Assembly: GCA_051382305.1 (NCBI GenBank)
Contig: JBBCAV010000400.1
Coordinates: 1 to 18,348 of the forward strand
Length of the DNA: 18,348 nucleotides
DNA from: Bdellovibrionota bacterium FG-2
Lineage (GTDB): Bacteria > Bdellovibrionota > UBA1018
Direction: 5' to 3'
Below the pieces are notes generated by a model that was not told the origin of the DNA, did not search any database, and saw nothing but the letters and a program-made list of their open reading frames with translations. Numbering within the stretch: position 1 is the first letter of the stretch; each line of letters starts with the position of its first letter. The position numbers were made by a program, and so were the translations under genes. Of the stretch, positions 1-8,475 are shown in pieces.

Positions 1-89
1 ACATTTTAACCTGTAGAAAAAACGGCGTCGGCCCCACTGAAGCGTTGAAACTGCTTTTTGACGGGGAACTGCCCAATTTTATGAAATAG
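1..89 (+). CDS. IS66-family transposase, C-terminal end (partial, runs in from the left edge)
   Basis: Frame from nt 3 reads ILTCRKNGVGPTEALKLLFDGELPNFMK* (TAG 87-89). This resembles the ...STCRKxG..xxEALxxLFxGxLP C-terminus of single-ORF IS66 (ISBst12-group) transposases, and an IR-like end follows immediately. Not in the supplied ORF track. Confidence 0.75.
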   Translation, partial: ILTCRKNGVGPTEALKLLFDGELPNFMK

Positions 90-104
90 GGGCTGACCAG
101 TTAC
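1..104 (+). mobile_element. Right end of an IS66-family insertion sequence; terminal inverted repeat about 89-104
   Basis: GGGGCTGACCAGTTAC ends at 104 (reverse complement GTAACTGGTCAGCCCC). IS66 ends begin with GTAA. An unrelated beta-helix reading frame starts abruptly just after it. The expected 8-bp target duplication would be TTGAAATT (105-112); the left copy is outside the window. Confidence 0.7.
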
Positions 105-701
105 TTGAAATTTACAACAATATCCTTTATGGAGGGGCAGGAACAGACGCAGTTGCCCTAGATTTCAATACTAATGCAGTCCAAAAAGCCAAAGATTCAT
201 CACAACAAAATCCATGGCGGCGATGCCTCTCACGCGACAACTGGAATTTACGACCGCTATTCTGACGCCTACGTTTACAATAATTTTATATTCGCCGGTA
301 CAAGCACCAATACCTATGGCATTTCTTGGATTCAAAACATCGATGCCCCTATCATCTGGAACAACCTGCTCTTCTTCTCAGGCGGCGCTGGCACAAAAGC
401 CTGTATCAGCATGTGGGCCGACGCAGATAGCGGCTCTGTTACCAATAACGGCTTTGATTGTACGATTTTGCATCGATCTATCTACCCCGCAACTCCGATT
501 GATTTAACAACCCTCGCTGCTTTTGAAAATCGTGGCATGGGCACTGGCAACTTCATGGTCGCCGACAATCCCTGGACCTTCGCCACGCCCGGCACGCCGA
601 GTGCGACCTGGGGCGCGACAGACTTCTCCATCACCGACGACTTCTTCGGAACTGCGCGCACCGCAGGCTGGAGCATCGGAGCACATGAGCAAAATAACTA
701 G
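105..701 (+). pseudogene. 3' remnant of a right-handed parallel beta-helix (pectin-lyase-like) protein, interrupted by IS66 and frameshifted
   Basis: Repeated units EIYNNILYGG (from 107), KIHHNKIHGG, YVYNNFIFAG and IIWNNLLF, plus C-terminal DFFGTART..SIGAHE (D..G..R...IGAYE-like). The first unit is in a different frame from ORF 174-701. Removing one A from the A5 run at 183-187 joins them (NAVQ-KPKIHHN). Confidence 0.65.
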
Positions 702-702
702 A

Positions 703-1308
703 TCAACGCACCCGCTGATTCAAAAACACCGCGACACTTGCGGCCAACGTCGTCTTAATCAAATCCCCCGGAATAAAGGGCAAAACGCCCGCCACGAGGA
801 CCTGCGAAGTCGGCATAAAAAACGAAAGCACCAAAGCCCCAAATCCAAAAACTAGCAAACTTCCCGCAAAGCAAGCGGCCCATGCACGCCGAAAAGTCTT
901 GGGCCATCCGCGATCTGCCAAATACCCCACAAGCTGCACCGAAAACCACATCCCTAGCAAATAGCCAAGTGTTGGGCCAAACGCGAGCGAAGCCGCGCCC
1001 ATCGCAAAAACCGGCATGCCCGCAGCCCCAAGGGCCAAGTACCCAATCATGACCCCCAGCCCACGTCGCCTACCCCAGAGCAGCGCAACCAGTGAAACCC
1101 CGAAGGTCTGTCCCGTAATTGGAACTGGCGTAAAAGGGAGCGGCAAGGCCACTTGCGCCAGCAGCGAAATCAATAAGACGCCCGCCAAGATGCTCAAAAC
1201 TTCCTTCAAGAGCATCGCAGCGCTCGCCGGCTTCAACAAAATCAAACGAGGAACAAAGGCCTGACTTCCCAAATTAGTCGCTAAATTCATACGATTCATG
1301 AGATTCAT
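703..1308 (-). CDS. bioY: Biotin transporter BioY (ECF S-component)
   Basis: LPFTPVPITGQTFGV, YLALGAAGMPVFA, GPTLGYLLG and PFIPGDLIK motifs; hydrophobic throughout. The start could also be 1299 or 1290. Confidence 0.95.
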   Translation of the reverse strand: MNLMNRMNLATNLGSQAFVPRLILLKPASAAMLLKEVLSILAGVLLISLLAQVALPLPFTPVPITGQTFGVSLVALLWGRRRGLGVMIGYLALGAAGMPVFAMGAASLAFGPTLGYLLGMWFSVQLVGYLADRGWPKTFRRAWAACFAGSLLVFGFGALVLSFFMPTSQVLVAGVLPFIPGDLIKTTLAASVAVFLNQRVR

Positions 1309-1390
1309 TTCAATACCCTACCATTCCCATCTTTTTAGGTGCAAGCCCCTATTTTTTTCCCGCGAACTCATTTATACAAAACCACACTCT

Positions 1391-2110
1391 ATGCGCTTCT
1401 TCGAAAAGGCCGATTTTATTTACCCCCCCGCCGAGAACATCTATTCCAAAAGAATCGAGGAAAGTGGCTGGAGCGTCTATTCGGATAATGCCGCCGAAGC
1501 TCACCGTGGAAACTGGAGGGACACATTTAGGGACGCCTCAAAAACAACCCCCGCCCGTAAACTTCACGTCGAAATTGGCTGCAACAGAGGCCACGTCATC
1601 CTTGAATGGGCGGCGCAATCTCCACAGGACGCCTTTATTGGAATCGACTGGAAATTCAAAGTCGCCTATCGAGGCGCTGAAAAAGCCAACAAACGTGGTT
1701 TGGAGAATCTGATATTCGTCCGCGGTCGCGCCGAGCGCCTTCAATACACCTTTGGCCCGGGCGAAATCGACAATCTCTATCTCTTCTTCCCCGACCCATG
1801 GCAAAAAATGTCTCAACGCAAAAACCGTTTTGTCACTTCCGAAAGACTGCGACAGATTGCCCCGTTCCTAAAAACCGGCGGTATTTTTCACCTCAAAACC
1901 GACCACGCCGAGTATTTTGAAAAAATGGTCCTAGCCGCCAAAGAGTGCCCAGAACACTGGGAGATCGAGGAACACACGACAGACCTCCATGCAGGACATC
2001 CGGATCCGACGTCGCTAAAAATCCCAGACGTCACCCTCTTTGAGCGCATGTTCATCAAAGAAGGACTCCAAATCAAAAGCCTAAAACTCAAAAGGCGAGT
2101 ACAGATGTAA
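1391..2110 (+). CDS. trmB: tRNA (guanine-N7)-methyltransferase TrmB
   Basis: VEIGCNRG SAM-binding motif, FIGID, LFFPDPW and HLKTDHAEYF. ATG 1391 is preferred over 1298, which overlaps the bioY start. Confidence 0.92.
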   Translation: MRFFEKADFIYPPAENIYSKRIEESGWSVYSDNAAEAHRGNWRDTFRDASKTTPARKLHVEIGCNRGHVILEWAAQSPQDAFIGIDWKFKVAYRGAEKANKRGLENLIFVRGRAERLQYTFGPGEIDNLYLFFPDPWQKMSQRKNRFVTSERLRQIAPFLKTGGIFHLKTDHAEYFEKMVLAAKECPEHWEIEEHTTDLHAGHPDPTSLKIPDVTLFERMFIKEGLQIKSLKLKRRVQM

Positions 2111-2163
2111 TCCTCAATCTCAAAAAGCCTCTCACGCGCCTGATGCGTCCAAACGACCTTCAT
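2104..2163 (-). pseudogene. Truncated RelE/ParE-family toxin (first ~20 codons only)
   Basis: MKVVWTHQARERLFEIEDYI is a typical ParE N-terminus and starts in an ATGA overlap with the antitoxin stop. The rest of ORF 1888-2163 is the antisense of trmB and lacks ParE features. Confidence 0.75.
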
Positions 2164-2450
2164 TTTCGAGCTTTGCGTCTTTTCGCAAGTTGGCGCTCCA
2201 GTTCCTCTGTACTCACCACCCGGCCTGCATCGCCATCCGCAACGCCCTTTGCTACTGATTCCATAAAACGCTGAGTGTAAATCTTGTCATATTCTTCGGG
2301 GGAGACCACGACACCAGCCGCCCTACCGTTCTTGGTAATCACAAGTGGGTGACCGCTACTCACGACCCGATCCAAATAATTACCCGCATGATCTTTGAAC
2401 TCCGCGAGCGTGACCAAATCTTTTGATAGTTGAATTGGCTTGAGAGTCAT
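2160..2450 (-). CDS. Phd/YefM-family type II antitoxin
   Basis: LAEFKDHAGNYLDRV...PLVITKNGRAAGVVVSPEEY (Phd fold) and C-terminal GVADGDAGRVVSTEEL; 96 aa. Confidence 0.9.
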   Translation of the reverse strand: MTLKPIQLSKDLVTLAEFKDHAGNYLDRVVSSGHPLVITKNGRAAGVVVSPEEYDKIYTQRFMESVAKGVADGDAGRVVSTEELERQLAKRRKARK

Positions 2451-2468
2451 ACGAAAAAGAGGATCTTT

Positions 2469-2486
2469 AAAAGGCTGGATTCAGCC
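2469..2486 (-). promoter_or_regulatory. Near-palindrome upstream of the antitoxin: TA operator or weak intrinsic terminator for pnp
   Basis: GGCTG-GATT-CAGCC (2473-2486), followed by TTTT on the minus strand, about 20 nt upstream of the antitoxin ATG. Confidence 0.4.
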
Positions 2487-2550
2487 CTCCCAGAGTCGGC
2501 AACAAACATCGAGATACAACTAATTGATAACATGTCCCTTTTTGCCATTT

Positions 2551-2568
2551 ACCTGTATCGATACAGGT
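2551..2568. repeat. Perfect 18-bp intergenic palindrome (REP-like)
   Basis: ACCTGTATCGATACAGGT equals its own reverse complement. A 16/17 copy lies at 12325-12341, inside the HNH gene. Confidence 0.7.
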
Positions 2569-2606
2569 TATGGGGCGCACTCTAGTCCTCTTCTAGCGCC
2601 TTCTTA

Positions 2607-4847
2607 CTACCTTCGACCGCCGCGATCTCCACCGCCGCGTGGCCCACGATCGCCACCACGGAAGTCTCCGCGAGGCCCGCGATCACGATCCCCACCCCCG
2701 CTGCGCTCGCCGCTCGAAGGAGGAACGCCGCCTGCAGGAGGAGGCAACAACGCCTTACGAGAGAGACGAATCTTGCCGGCTCGGTCGACTTCGATCACCT
2801 TCACTTCAATCGTATCGCCTTCTTTCATGAAATCCGTCACGTTATTCACGCGCTCGTAAGCAATCTCAGAGATGTGTAAAAGGCCATCTTGGTTAGGCAT
2901 GATCCCAACAAAAGCGCCAAACTCGACGATCTTCTTAACAACGCCTTTGTAGGTCTTGCCCACTTCAGCTTCAGCAATAATGCCATGAATGATTTCGATC
3001 GCACGCTTTGCAGCTTCGCCATCGCTGGAAGCGATGTTGACTTTACCGTCATCGGTAATGTCAATTTTGCAGCCTGTTTGAGCCACGATTTCGCGAATGA
3101 CTTTTCCGCCTGAACCAATGACTTCACGAATCTTATCCACCGGAACCATGATGGTGGTGATCCGAGGAGCAAATTTCGAAAGATCAGATCGCGGAGCCGA
3201 AATGCCTTTGGCCATCTCGCCCAAGATATGAAGACGGCCTTCACGCGCTTGCGCGAGAGCGGTTTTCATAATGTTCTCATCGACCCCTTCAATTTTGATG
3301 TCCATCTGGATTCCGGTTACGCCACGCTCTGTGCCCGCAACTTTAAAATCCATATCGCCCAGGTGATCTTCATCGCCCAAGATATCAGAAAGAATCGCCA
3401 CGCGATTACCTTCTTTGATCAAGCCCATCGCAATACCTGCCACAGGGCTTGGATAAGGAACGCCGGCATCCATCAGTGCCATCGAGGTGCTGCAAACAGA
3501 GCCCATCGATGAAGAGCCGTTACTTTCAAGGGTTTCGCACACGACTCTGATCGTGTACGGAAACTTGTCATAAGAAGGCATCATCGCCGTGATCGATCGC
3601 TCAGCTAGAGCGCCGTGACCGATTTCACGCCTACTCTGACCGCCCATACGGCCGGTTTCGCCGACACTGTAGGGAGGGAAGTTATAATGCAGCATGAACT
3701 TGCGCATGGTGTTTTGGAACATCGTATCGACGATCTGCTCGTCATCCGACGTACCCAAAGTGATGCACGACAAAACCTGCGTCTCACCGCGCGTAAACAA
3801 TGCACTTCCGTGCGTACGAGGCAGCATGCCTGGCTCAACCGCAATCGGACGAATCGTTTTCGTATCGCGTCCATCAATACGCTTGCCTTCAGACAAAATC
3901 ATCTCGCGCATCAAATTGTACTGAAGCAATTCCACGGCGGTTTTGACTTCTTTTTCACGCTTAGCGGCTGCTTCTTTGTCAGAAGCTCTGAGCTGATCGG
4001 AAACCAACGCAGCCACGGCGGCTTTTTGGGCCGCATCCGCTTTTTCGTAACGACTGCCCTTTTCTTTCGTCTTCAACGAATCCATCAAAGGAGCTTTAGA
4101 AATCTTCTCAACTTCAGCCGTCAAAGAGGCCTCGACCACCGCAGGCTTAAACTCGCGTTTTGGCTTTCCACATAATTTGCGGAGTTCTTCGACAATGCCA
4201 ACGACTTTTTTGATCTCGTTATGACCCTGAACAATCGCAGACAACACGTCGGCTTCAGAAGCTTCACGTGCGCCACCTTCGACCATCATAATCGCGTTTT
4301 TGGTGCCGGCGATCAAGATCTCCAAGTCGGTTTCGCCTTTATCAATTTGCGTCCAAGAGGGGTTCACAACCCACTGGCCATTCACGCGACCCATGCGACA
4401 AGCTGCCGTTGGACCATTAAACGGAATATCCGAAATATGAATTGCAGCCGAAGCGCCCACCGCAGCAGCGACATCAACATCGGCTTCAAGATCCACGGAC
4501 ATCACAGTCGCGACGACTTGGGTGTCAAAGCGATAGCCTTCTGGAAACAACGGGCGAAGAGGGCGGTCAATCATTCGAGCCGACAATGTGGCTTCCATGG
4601 TCGGACGACCTTCACGTTTAAAAAAGCTTCCAGGAATTTTTCCAGCCGCATAGAATTTTTCCGCAAACTCAACGGTTAGCGGAAAAAAATCAATGCCAGG
4701 CTTTTCGGTACTGGCTGAACATACAGTTACTAGAACGCGGGTGTCGCCATAACTAACAAATACGGAACCATCCGCTTGTTTGGCGAGCTTGCCCGTTTCA
4801 ATGGTCAGGGTTTTTCCACCCATTTCACAGGATACACGATTAATCAT
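2607..4847 (-). CDS. pnp: Polyribonucleotide nucleotidyltransferase (PNPase)
   Basis: [39 protein letters not shown] and [13 protein letters not shown] motifs; KH and S1 domains; directly downstream of rpsO. Confidence 0.99.
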   Translation of the reverse strand: MINRVSCEMGGKTLTIETGKLAKQADGSVFVSYGDTRVLVTVCSASTEKPGIDFFPLTVEFAEKFYAAGKIPGSFFKREGRPTMEATLSARMIDRPLRPLFPEGYRFDTQVVATVMSVDLEADVDVAAAVGASAAIHISDIPFNGPTAACRMGRVNGQWVVNPSWTQIDKGETDLEILIAGTKNAIMMVEGGAREASEADVLSAIVQGHNEIKKVVGIVEELRKLCGKPKREFKPAVVEASLTAEVEKISKAPLMDSLKTKEKGSRYEKADAAQKAAVAALVSDQLRASDKEAAAKREKEVKTAVELLQYNLMREMILSEGKRIDGRDTKTIRPIAVEPGMLPRTHGSALFTRGETQVLSCITLGTSDDEQIVDTMFQNTMRKFMLHYNFPPYSVGETGRMGGQSRREIGHGALAERSITAMMPSYDKFPYTIRVVCETLESNGSSSMGSVCSTSMALMDAGVPYPSPVAGIAMGLIKEGNRVAILSDILGDEDHLGDMDFKVAGTERGVTGIQMDIKIEGVDENIMKTALAQAREGRLHILGEMAKGISAPRSDLSKFAPRITTIMVPVDKIREVIGSGGKVIREIVAQTGCKIDITDDGKVNIASSDGEAAKRAIEIIHGIIAEAEVGKTYKGVVKKIVEFGAFVGIMPNQDGLLHISEIAYERVNNVTDFMKEGDTIEVKVIEVDRAGKIRLSRKALLPPPAGGVPPSSGERSGGGDRDRGPRGDFRGGDRGPRGGGDRGGRR

Positions 4848-4880
4848 ATTGCCCCCTTCTTAGGGATTTTAAAAAACGAT

Positions 4881-5159
4881 TTATTTGCGCAATTCGAGAG
4901 CGGTAATCACTTTTGTATAGCGCTTAAGATCCGTGCTTTTGAGATAATTCAAAAGACGACGGCGTTGACCGACCATTTTGAGAAGTCCACGTTTTGAGTG
5001 GTGGTCTTTTTTGTGGGTTGCAAAGTGCTCATTGAGCTCATTGATGTGACGAGTAAGCAGAGCGACTTGAACTTCGGACGAGCCCGTATCACCGGCTTTG
5101 GTTCCAAATTTCTTAACGATTTCAGCTTTTTTTGCTTTTACTACAGTTTTTCCTGCCAT
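4881..5159 (-). CDS. rpsO: 30S ribosomal protein S15
   Basis: [13 protein letters not shown]...[25 protein letters not shown]; conserved rpsO-pnp order. Confidence 0.99.
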   Translation of the reverse strand: MAGKTVVKAKKAEIVKKFGTKAGDTGSSEVQVALLTRHINELNEHFATHKKDHHSKRGLLKMVGQRRRLLNYLKSTDLKRYTKVITALELRK

Positions 5160-5247
5160 TTTTAGATCCTTCTTATTTCTTACTTATCGGCTTTTGTATT
5201 ATTGGTCGCAAGAAGTAGCACGCCACATTAGACCCTGTAAAGTAGAT

Positions 5248-6318
5248 TCAAATAAAGTCTCTCAAGAAATCCCTGAGCTTGCCGATGATTTTGGCCTCAA
5301 TTTGCCGGGCGCGCTCCCGGGTAAGCCCATACAGATCTGCCACTTCCTGAAGGGTCTTGGGCACCTCAGCCAGAATCCGGTCTTGCAGCAGGCTTAATTC
5401 CTTGGGATTCAATTTTTTCCGAAATTCCGGGAGCTTCGCCCTCAAAACGCCCAAGAGCTCTTCGCGAGCCAGCCTCGTATCTGCCGCCTCTTCGTCGTCA
5501 GCGAGCTGATCCAAGAAAGTCGCCTTCCCCTCGCTGTCCACAGACAAAGGAGTGTCCAAAGACATCTCTGCACCGCGTCCAGAGAGCCGCTGCTCCATTT
5601 CGATGACATCCTTTTCTCGCACCTGAAGCTTCTCAGCCAAAAGCTTGGGCCCCGCCAAAAGCCCCTGAGCTTCGAGACGCTCCTTTTCACGCATCAAATG
5701 ATAAAAAAGTTTTTTCTGCGCCTGGGTCGTGCCGACTTTCACGAGCCTGAAGTTATCAAGCAAATATTTCAAAATATAAGACCGAATCCACCACGAAGAG
5801 TAGTACCCCAGCCGGGCCCCTTTATTGGGGTCAAACTTCGAAACGGCTTTCATCAAACCGATATTCCCTTCTTGGATCAGATCCAAAACATTGGTGTAAA
5901 AACTTCGATATTCGAACGCGATTTTTACAACCAAGCGAAGGTTCGCACTCACAAGGGTTTTTGCGGCCTGCATGTCCCCCTCATTCTTGAGTTTCAAAGC
6001 CAACGTAAACTCTTCTTCGGGGGTCAAAAGGGGATGACGAGTAATTTCTTCCAGATACCTTCGCAGCGGATCCGCGTGCGACCTTGATACGCCCAATTCC
6101 CCCGGTTCCCCAGAATCCAAGGGTACCAAATCATGGCGGGGATCTCTAAGTGTGGGGAGCCCAGATTGGGCTTGAACCGCTGGAAGCTGACCCGAAGTAC
6201 CGGACGAAGGGTCATAAGAAAGCTCTTCGATTATCTCGTCTTGGACTTCTTCTTGAAGTTCGTCTTCAACTTCTTCTGCGACCTCATCAGATTCATCGGG
6301 CTCAGTCCTAGTCTTCAT
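5248..6318 (-). CDS. rpoH: RNA polymerase sigma factor, sigma-32 (RpoH) family
   Basis: Region 1.2 DPLRRYLEEI, region 2 DLIQEGNIGLMKAVSKFDP, RpoH-box-like TTQAQKKLFYHL, and region 4 TLQEVADLYGLTRERARQIE. ATG 6318 is preferred (GGACGGGG upstream); 6336 is possible. It may be one of several paralogues. Confidence 0.85.
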   Translation of the reverse strand: MKTRTEPDESDEVAEEVEDELQEEVQDEIIEELSYDPSSGTSGQLPAVQAQSGLPTLRDPRHDLVPLDSGEPGELGVSRSHADPLRRYLEEITRHPLLTPEEEFTLALKLKNEGDMQAAKTLVSANLRLVVKIAFEYRSFYTNVLDLIQEGNIGLMKAVSKFDPNKGARLGYYSSWWIRSYILKYLLDNFRLVKVGTTQAQKKLFYHLMREKERLEAQGLLAGPKLLAEKLQVREKDVIEMEQRLSGRGAEMSLDTPLSVDSEGKATFLDQLADDEEAADTRLAREELLGVLRAKLPEFRKKLNPKELSLLQDRILAEVPKTLQEVADLYGLTRERARQIEAKIIGKLRDFLRDFI

Positions 6319-6886
6319 ACCCCGTCCGCGATTCAAAATAATGATTCAACATGAAGAGTTCGGGATGAAACCCTAAATCCAGCATTTCTTGATAGGCCGC
6401 ACCCGGCGCAACGCCTTCGTGCTCCACACGATACAAACCCACGATCAATCCTGTGCGATCATGGCCATGCTGGCAATGAATAAAGATTGGAAAATTTTCT
6501 TTATCAGAAAGTGTACTCAGAGCCAGATTCACGGTTTCATCGTCGGGTCCAAAATAAGGGGAAATCGGCGCCCCCACCATAATCATGCCCAAGGAGTTAG
6601 CGATTTGGAGTTCGTAGGCGACTTCATCCTCATCGTTCTCCAAATTAAGAATAGTCTTAATTCCCATCTCCGACAGCGCCTGAAGCCCCAAGGGTCCGGG
6701 ACGTGCACCGCGATAAATTCCGGGGGAAACGGTGTAGAAGTCAGTAATCGGGACCCGCGATTTCGCAACGGGCCGGGCTTGCGCGATTCCGCTCGCATGC
6801 CCTGACTCAAGACCCCCAAAAAACGACCCCAATAATAGCGTTAGGACGAAAAAAAGGGATGGAAAAATCTGTCGCATTTGGCTCAA
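6308..6886 (-). CDS. Cys-based protein tyrosine/dual-specificity phosphatase family protein, probably exported
   Basis: P-loop HCQHGHDRTG (HCxxGxDRTG), GIYRGARP and GIKTILNL; hydrophobic N-terminus resembling a signal peptide. Confidence 0.88.
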   Translation of the reverse strand: MSQMRQIFPSLFFVLTLLLGSFFGGLESGHASGIAQARPVAKSRVPITDFYTVSPGIYRGARPGPLGLQALSEMGIKTILNLENDEDEVAYELQIANSLGMIMVGAPISPYFGPDDETVNLALSTLSDKENFPIFIHCQHGHDRTGLIVGLYRVEHEGVAPGAAYQEMLDLGFHPELFMLNHYFESRTGYED

Positions 6887-6910
6887 ACCTCTGGGCTGCT
6901 GTATATGCCG

Positions 6911-7876
6911 TCAAAGACCAAAAGTTAAGAAAAACTTTCCCGCACCACGAGCTAAACAAGCTCTCGCAAGCGGGAGATCATCTCCTAAGTGCCGCAAACC
7001 CATCATCAAAATGCCCAAGCCCAAGTCTTGTTTTAGGAAAATTCCTCGTTGGCAGTCATTCATTGGAAGTCCGGCACTTTGTGCAGCAAGGGCCAAGCTT
7101 TGTGATTTTTTCCATCCCGTCTTGCACTTCTGAATCACACCACGAGCGTCGACACCTTGGGGCACATAAAATAGACTATGATAGGGGCTGACGCCCACCA
7201 CATTTTCACCATGCACGCGGTAGGCGAACAAAGGCTCGGCAATCGCATGAACCCCACCATAACAAGAGGCCACCAGCGCGTACCAATGATCATGATACTC
7301 CGCTTCTTCCGGAATGCTTGCAAAGCGCCGCGCCAGTTCAGCATCAAAAAGCATGGAACAACCCGCGACGATGTTTCGAATCAAAAAATGCTGGGGGGCG
7401 CAGTCATGAATTCCTCTGCGCTCAGTTTTCCAGGCAGTTTGTGCGTCTTTTTGTCCCTTGGGTTGCCCGCCGTTTCGGAGCACATCCATATCGCAATGGA
7501 CGAGACTCAAGGGACCGGCTTTCTCGAGCGCGCCTTTTGAAACCGCAAGTTTTTCGGGATACCATAAATCATCCTGATCAGCGCACCCAACCGCTTGGGC
7601 ACCCGATCCAGAGGCAAGTTGAATCGCTCGTTCAAAGTTTTTCTTATGTCCGAGTCTCTGAGGATTCTCGGACCAAACAACTCGAGCATCTTCAAAAAAG
7701 GTCGCGAAATCTGGGTTAGATCGAAACGTCGCGATTGGCGAATCGCTTGTGATAAAGCACTGCCACGCTTGGAACGTCTGATCTTTGATCGATTGCAACT
7801 GCTCAAGAAAATGCTCGGCCTTGGGCTCGTAGATGGCCATGGCGAGTGCGATTTTTTGGATATTTAGAATGCTCAT
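6911..7876 (-). CDS. Glycosyltransferase family 2 (rhamnosyltransferase-like)
   Basis: FLEQLQSIKDQT, RLGHKKNFERA, ADQDDLWYPEKL, GCSMLF, HDHW and YRVHGENVVG motifs. Confidence 0.9.
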   Translation of the reverse strand: MSILNIQKIALAMAIYEPKAEHFLEQLQSIKDQTFQAWQCFITSDSPIATFRSNPDFATFFEDARVVWSENPQRLGHKKNFERAIQLASGSGAQAVGCADQDDLWYPEKLAVSKGALEKAGPLSLVHCDMDVLRNGGQPKGQKDAQTAWKTERRGIHDCAPQHFLIRNIVAGCSMLFDAELARRFASIPEEAEYHDHWYALVASCYGGVHAIAEPLFAYRVHGENVVGVSPYHSLFYVPQGVDARGVIQKCKTGWKKSQSLALAAQSAGLPMNDCQRGIFLKQDLGLGILMMGLRHLGDDLPLARACLARGAGKFFLTFGL

Positions 7877-8343
7877 GCGATTTTCTTTAACATCTCCGCA
7901 TAACTGTCACCGGCATTATGAGTGAGTTCCTCAATTAGCCCACTCATAGGATCAGAAATTTCAAAGGCATTGGGATCAGAGGCAAGCATTTTAAGAATAT
8001 TGAAGGTCTGAAAGCCCGGCGTGCGGGCACCTGTTTTTACTCCCGACAAATACTCAGGCGTAATCCCGGCTCGAGACGCAAGATCAATTTGAGAACACTC
8101 TTCACGAGCAAGAGTTGTCTCTACCATCTCTTTTGCGTACGCTCGAATACTCGCCTCAATGGCATGATCCAGATGCTTGGCGTCACCCGGCCTCAGACCG
8201 TGCTCACCACAATGATGGCATTTTAGCAGGGACAAAGGACAAACAAGCGTCACCCTTGCAAAATCCTTCCATCGAAAAGGGCCCTGCGTTTTTGTTAGTT
8301 TCATTCCCATTTGTCCACAATTGCCACATCTTTTATTTTTCAT
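7873..8343 (-). CDS. MqsA-like zinc-ribbon + XRE HTH protein (antitoxin-like regulator, no adjacent toxin)
   Basis: CGNC...CHHCGE zinc ribbon followed by SQIDLASRAGITPEYLSGVKTGARTP HTH; strong RBS GGAGGAAGG; ATGA overlap with the downstream GT2. Confidence 0.8.
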   Translation of the reverse strand: MKNKRCGNCGQMGMKLTKTQGPFRWKDFARVTLVCPLSLLKCHHCGEHGLRPGDAKHLDHAIEASIRAYAKEMVETTLAREECSQIDLASRAGITPEYLSGVKTGARTPGFQTFNILKMLASDPNAFEISDPMSGLIEELTHNAGDSYAEMLKKIA

Positions 8344-8406
8344 TCTTCCTTCCTCCAGCCAGAATCACAATCCCTTGGCAGTCTGCGCCATATGCCTTGA
8401 AGTATG

Positions 8407-8425
8407 TCTTATACTGAGTACAAGA
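8407..8425. promoter_or_regulatory. Candidate operator for the MqsA-like regulator
   Basis: TCTTATACT-G-AGTACAAGA: 9-bp arms with one mismatch, about 65 nt upstream of the ATG in an AT-rich intergenic gap. Confidence 0.45.
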
Positions 8426-8475
8426 TCTAGCGAATTAACCTCAGATTAAGCGAGATAAAATGCCAATAATTTCAA

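Noticed and set aside
1888-2163. 91-aa ORF as a complete ParE toxin
   Set aside because: Only the first ~20 residues look like ParE; the rest is trmB antisense with none of the expected C-terminal motifs.
2524-4997. Numerous plus-strand ORFs opposite pnp and rpsO (and similar shadow ORFs across the window)
   Set aside because: They are antisense or off-frame shadows of well-supported genes and carry no independent motifs.
5160-5247. rpsO autoregulatory leader RNA and promoter
   Set aside because: Plausible by position (TTTACA-N18-TACTTC on the minus strand), but no structure or consensus strong enough to support a call by eye.
8332-8434. Short minus frame ...KTYFKAYGADCQGIVILAGGRKNEK* upstream of the MqsA-like gene, faintly like a RelE/HigB toxin C-terminus
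   Set aside because: No start codon and only about 33 codons; the GGRK part is just the RBS sequence. Similarity is too weak to call.
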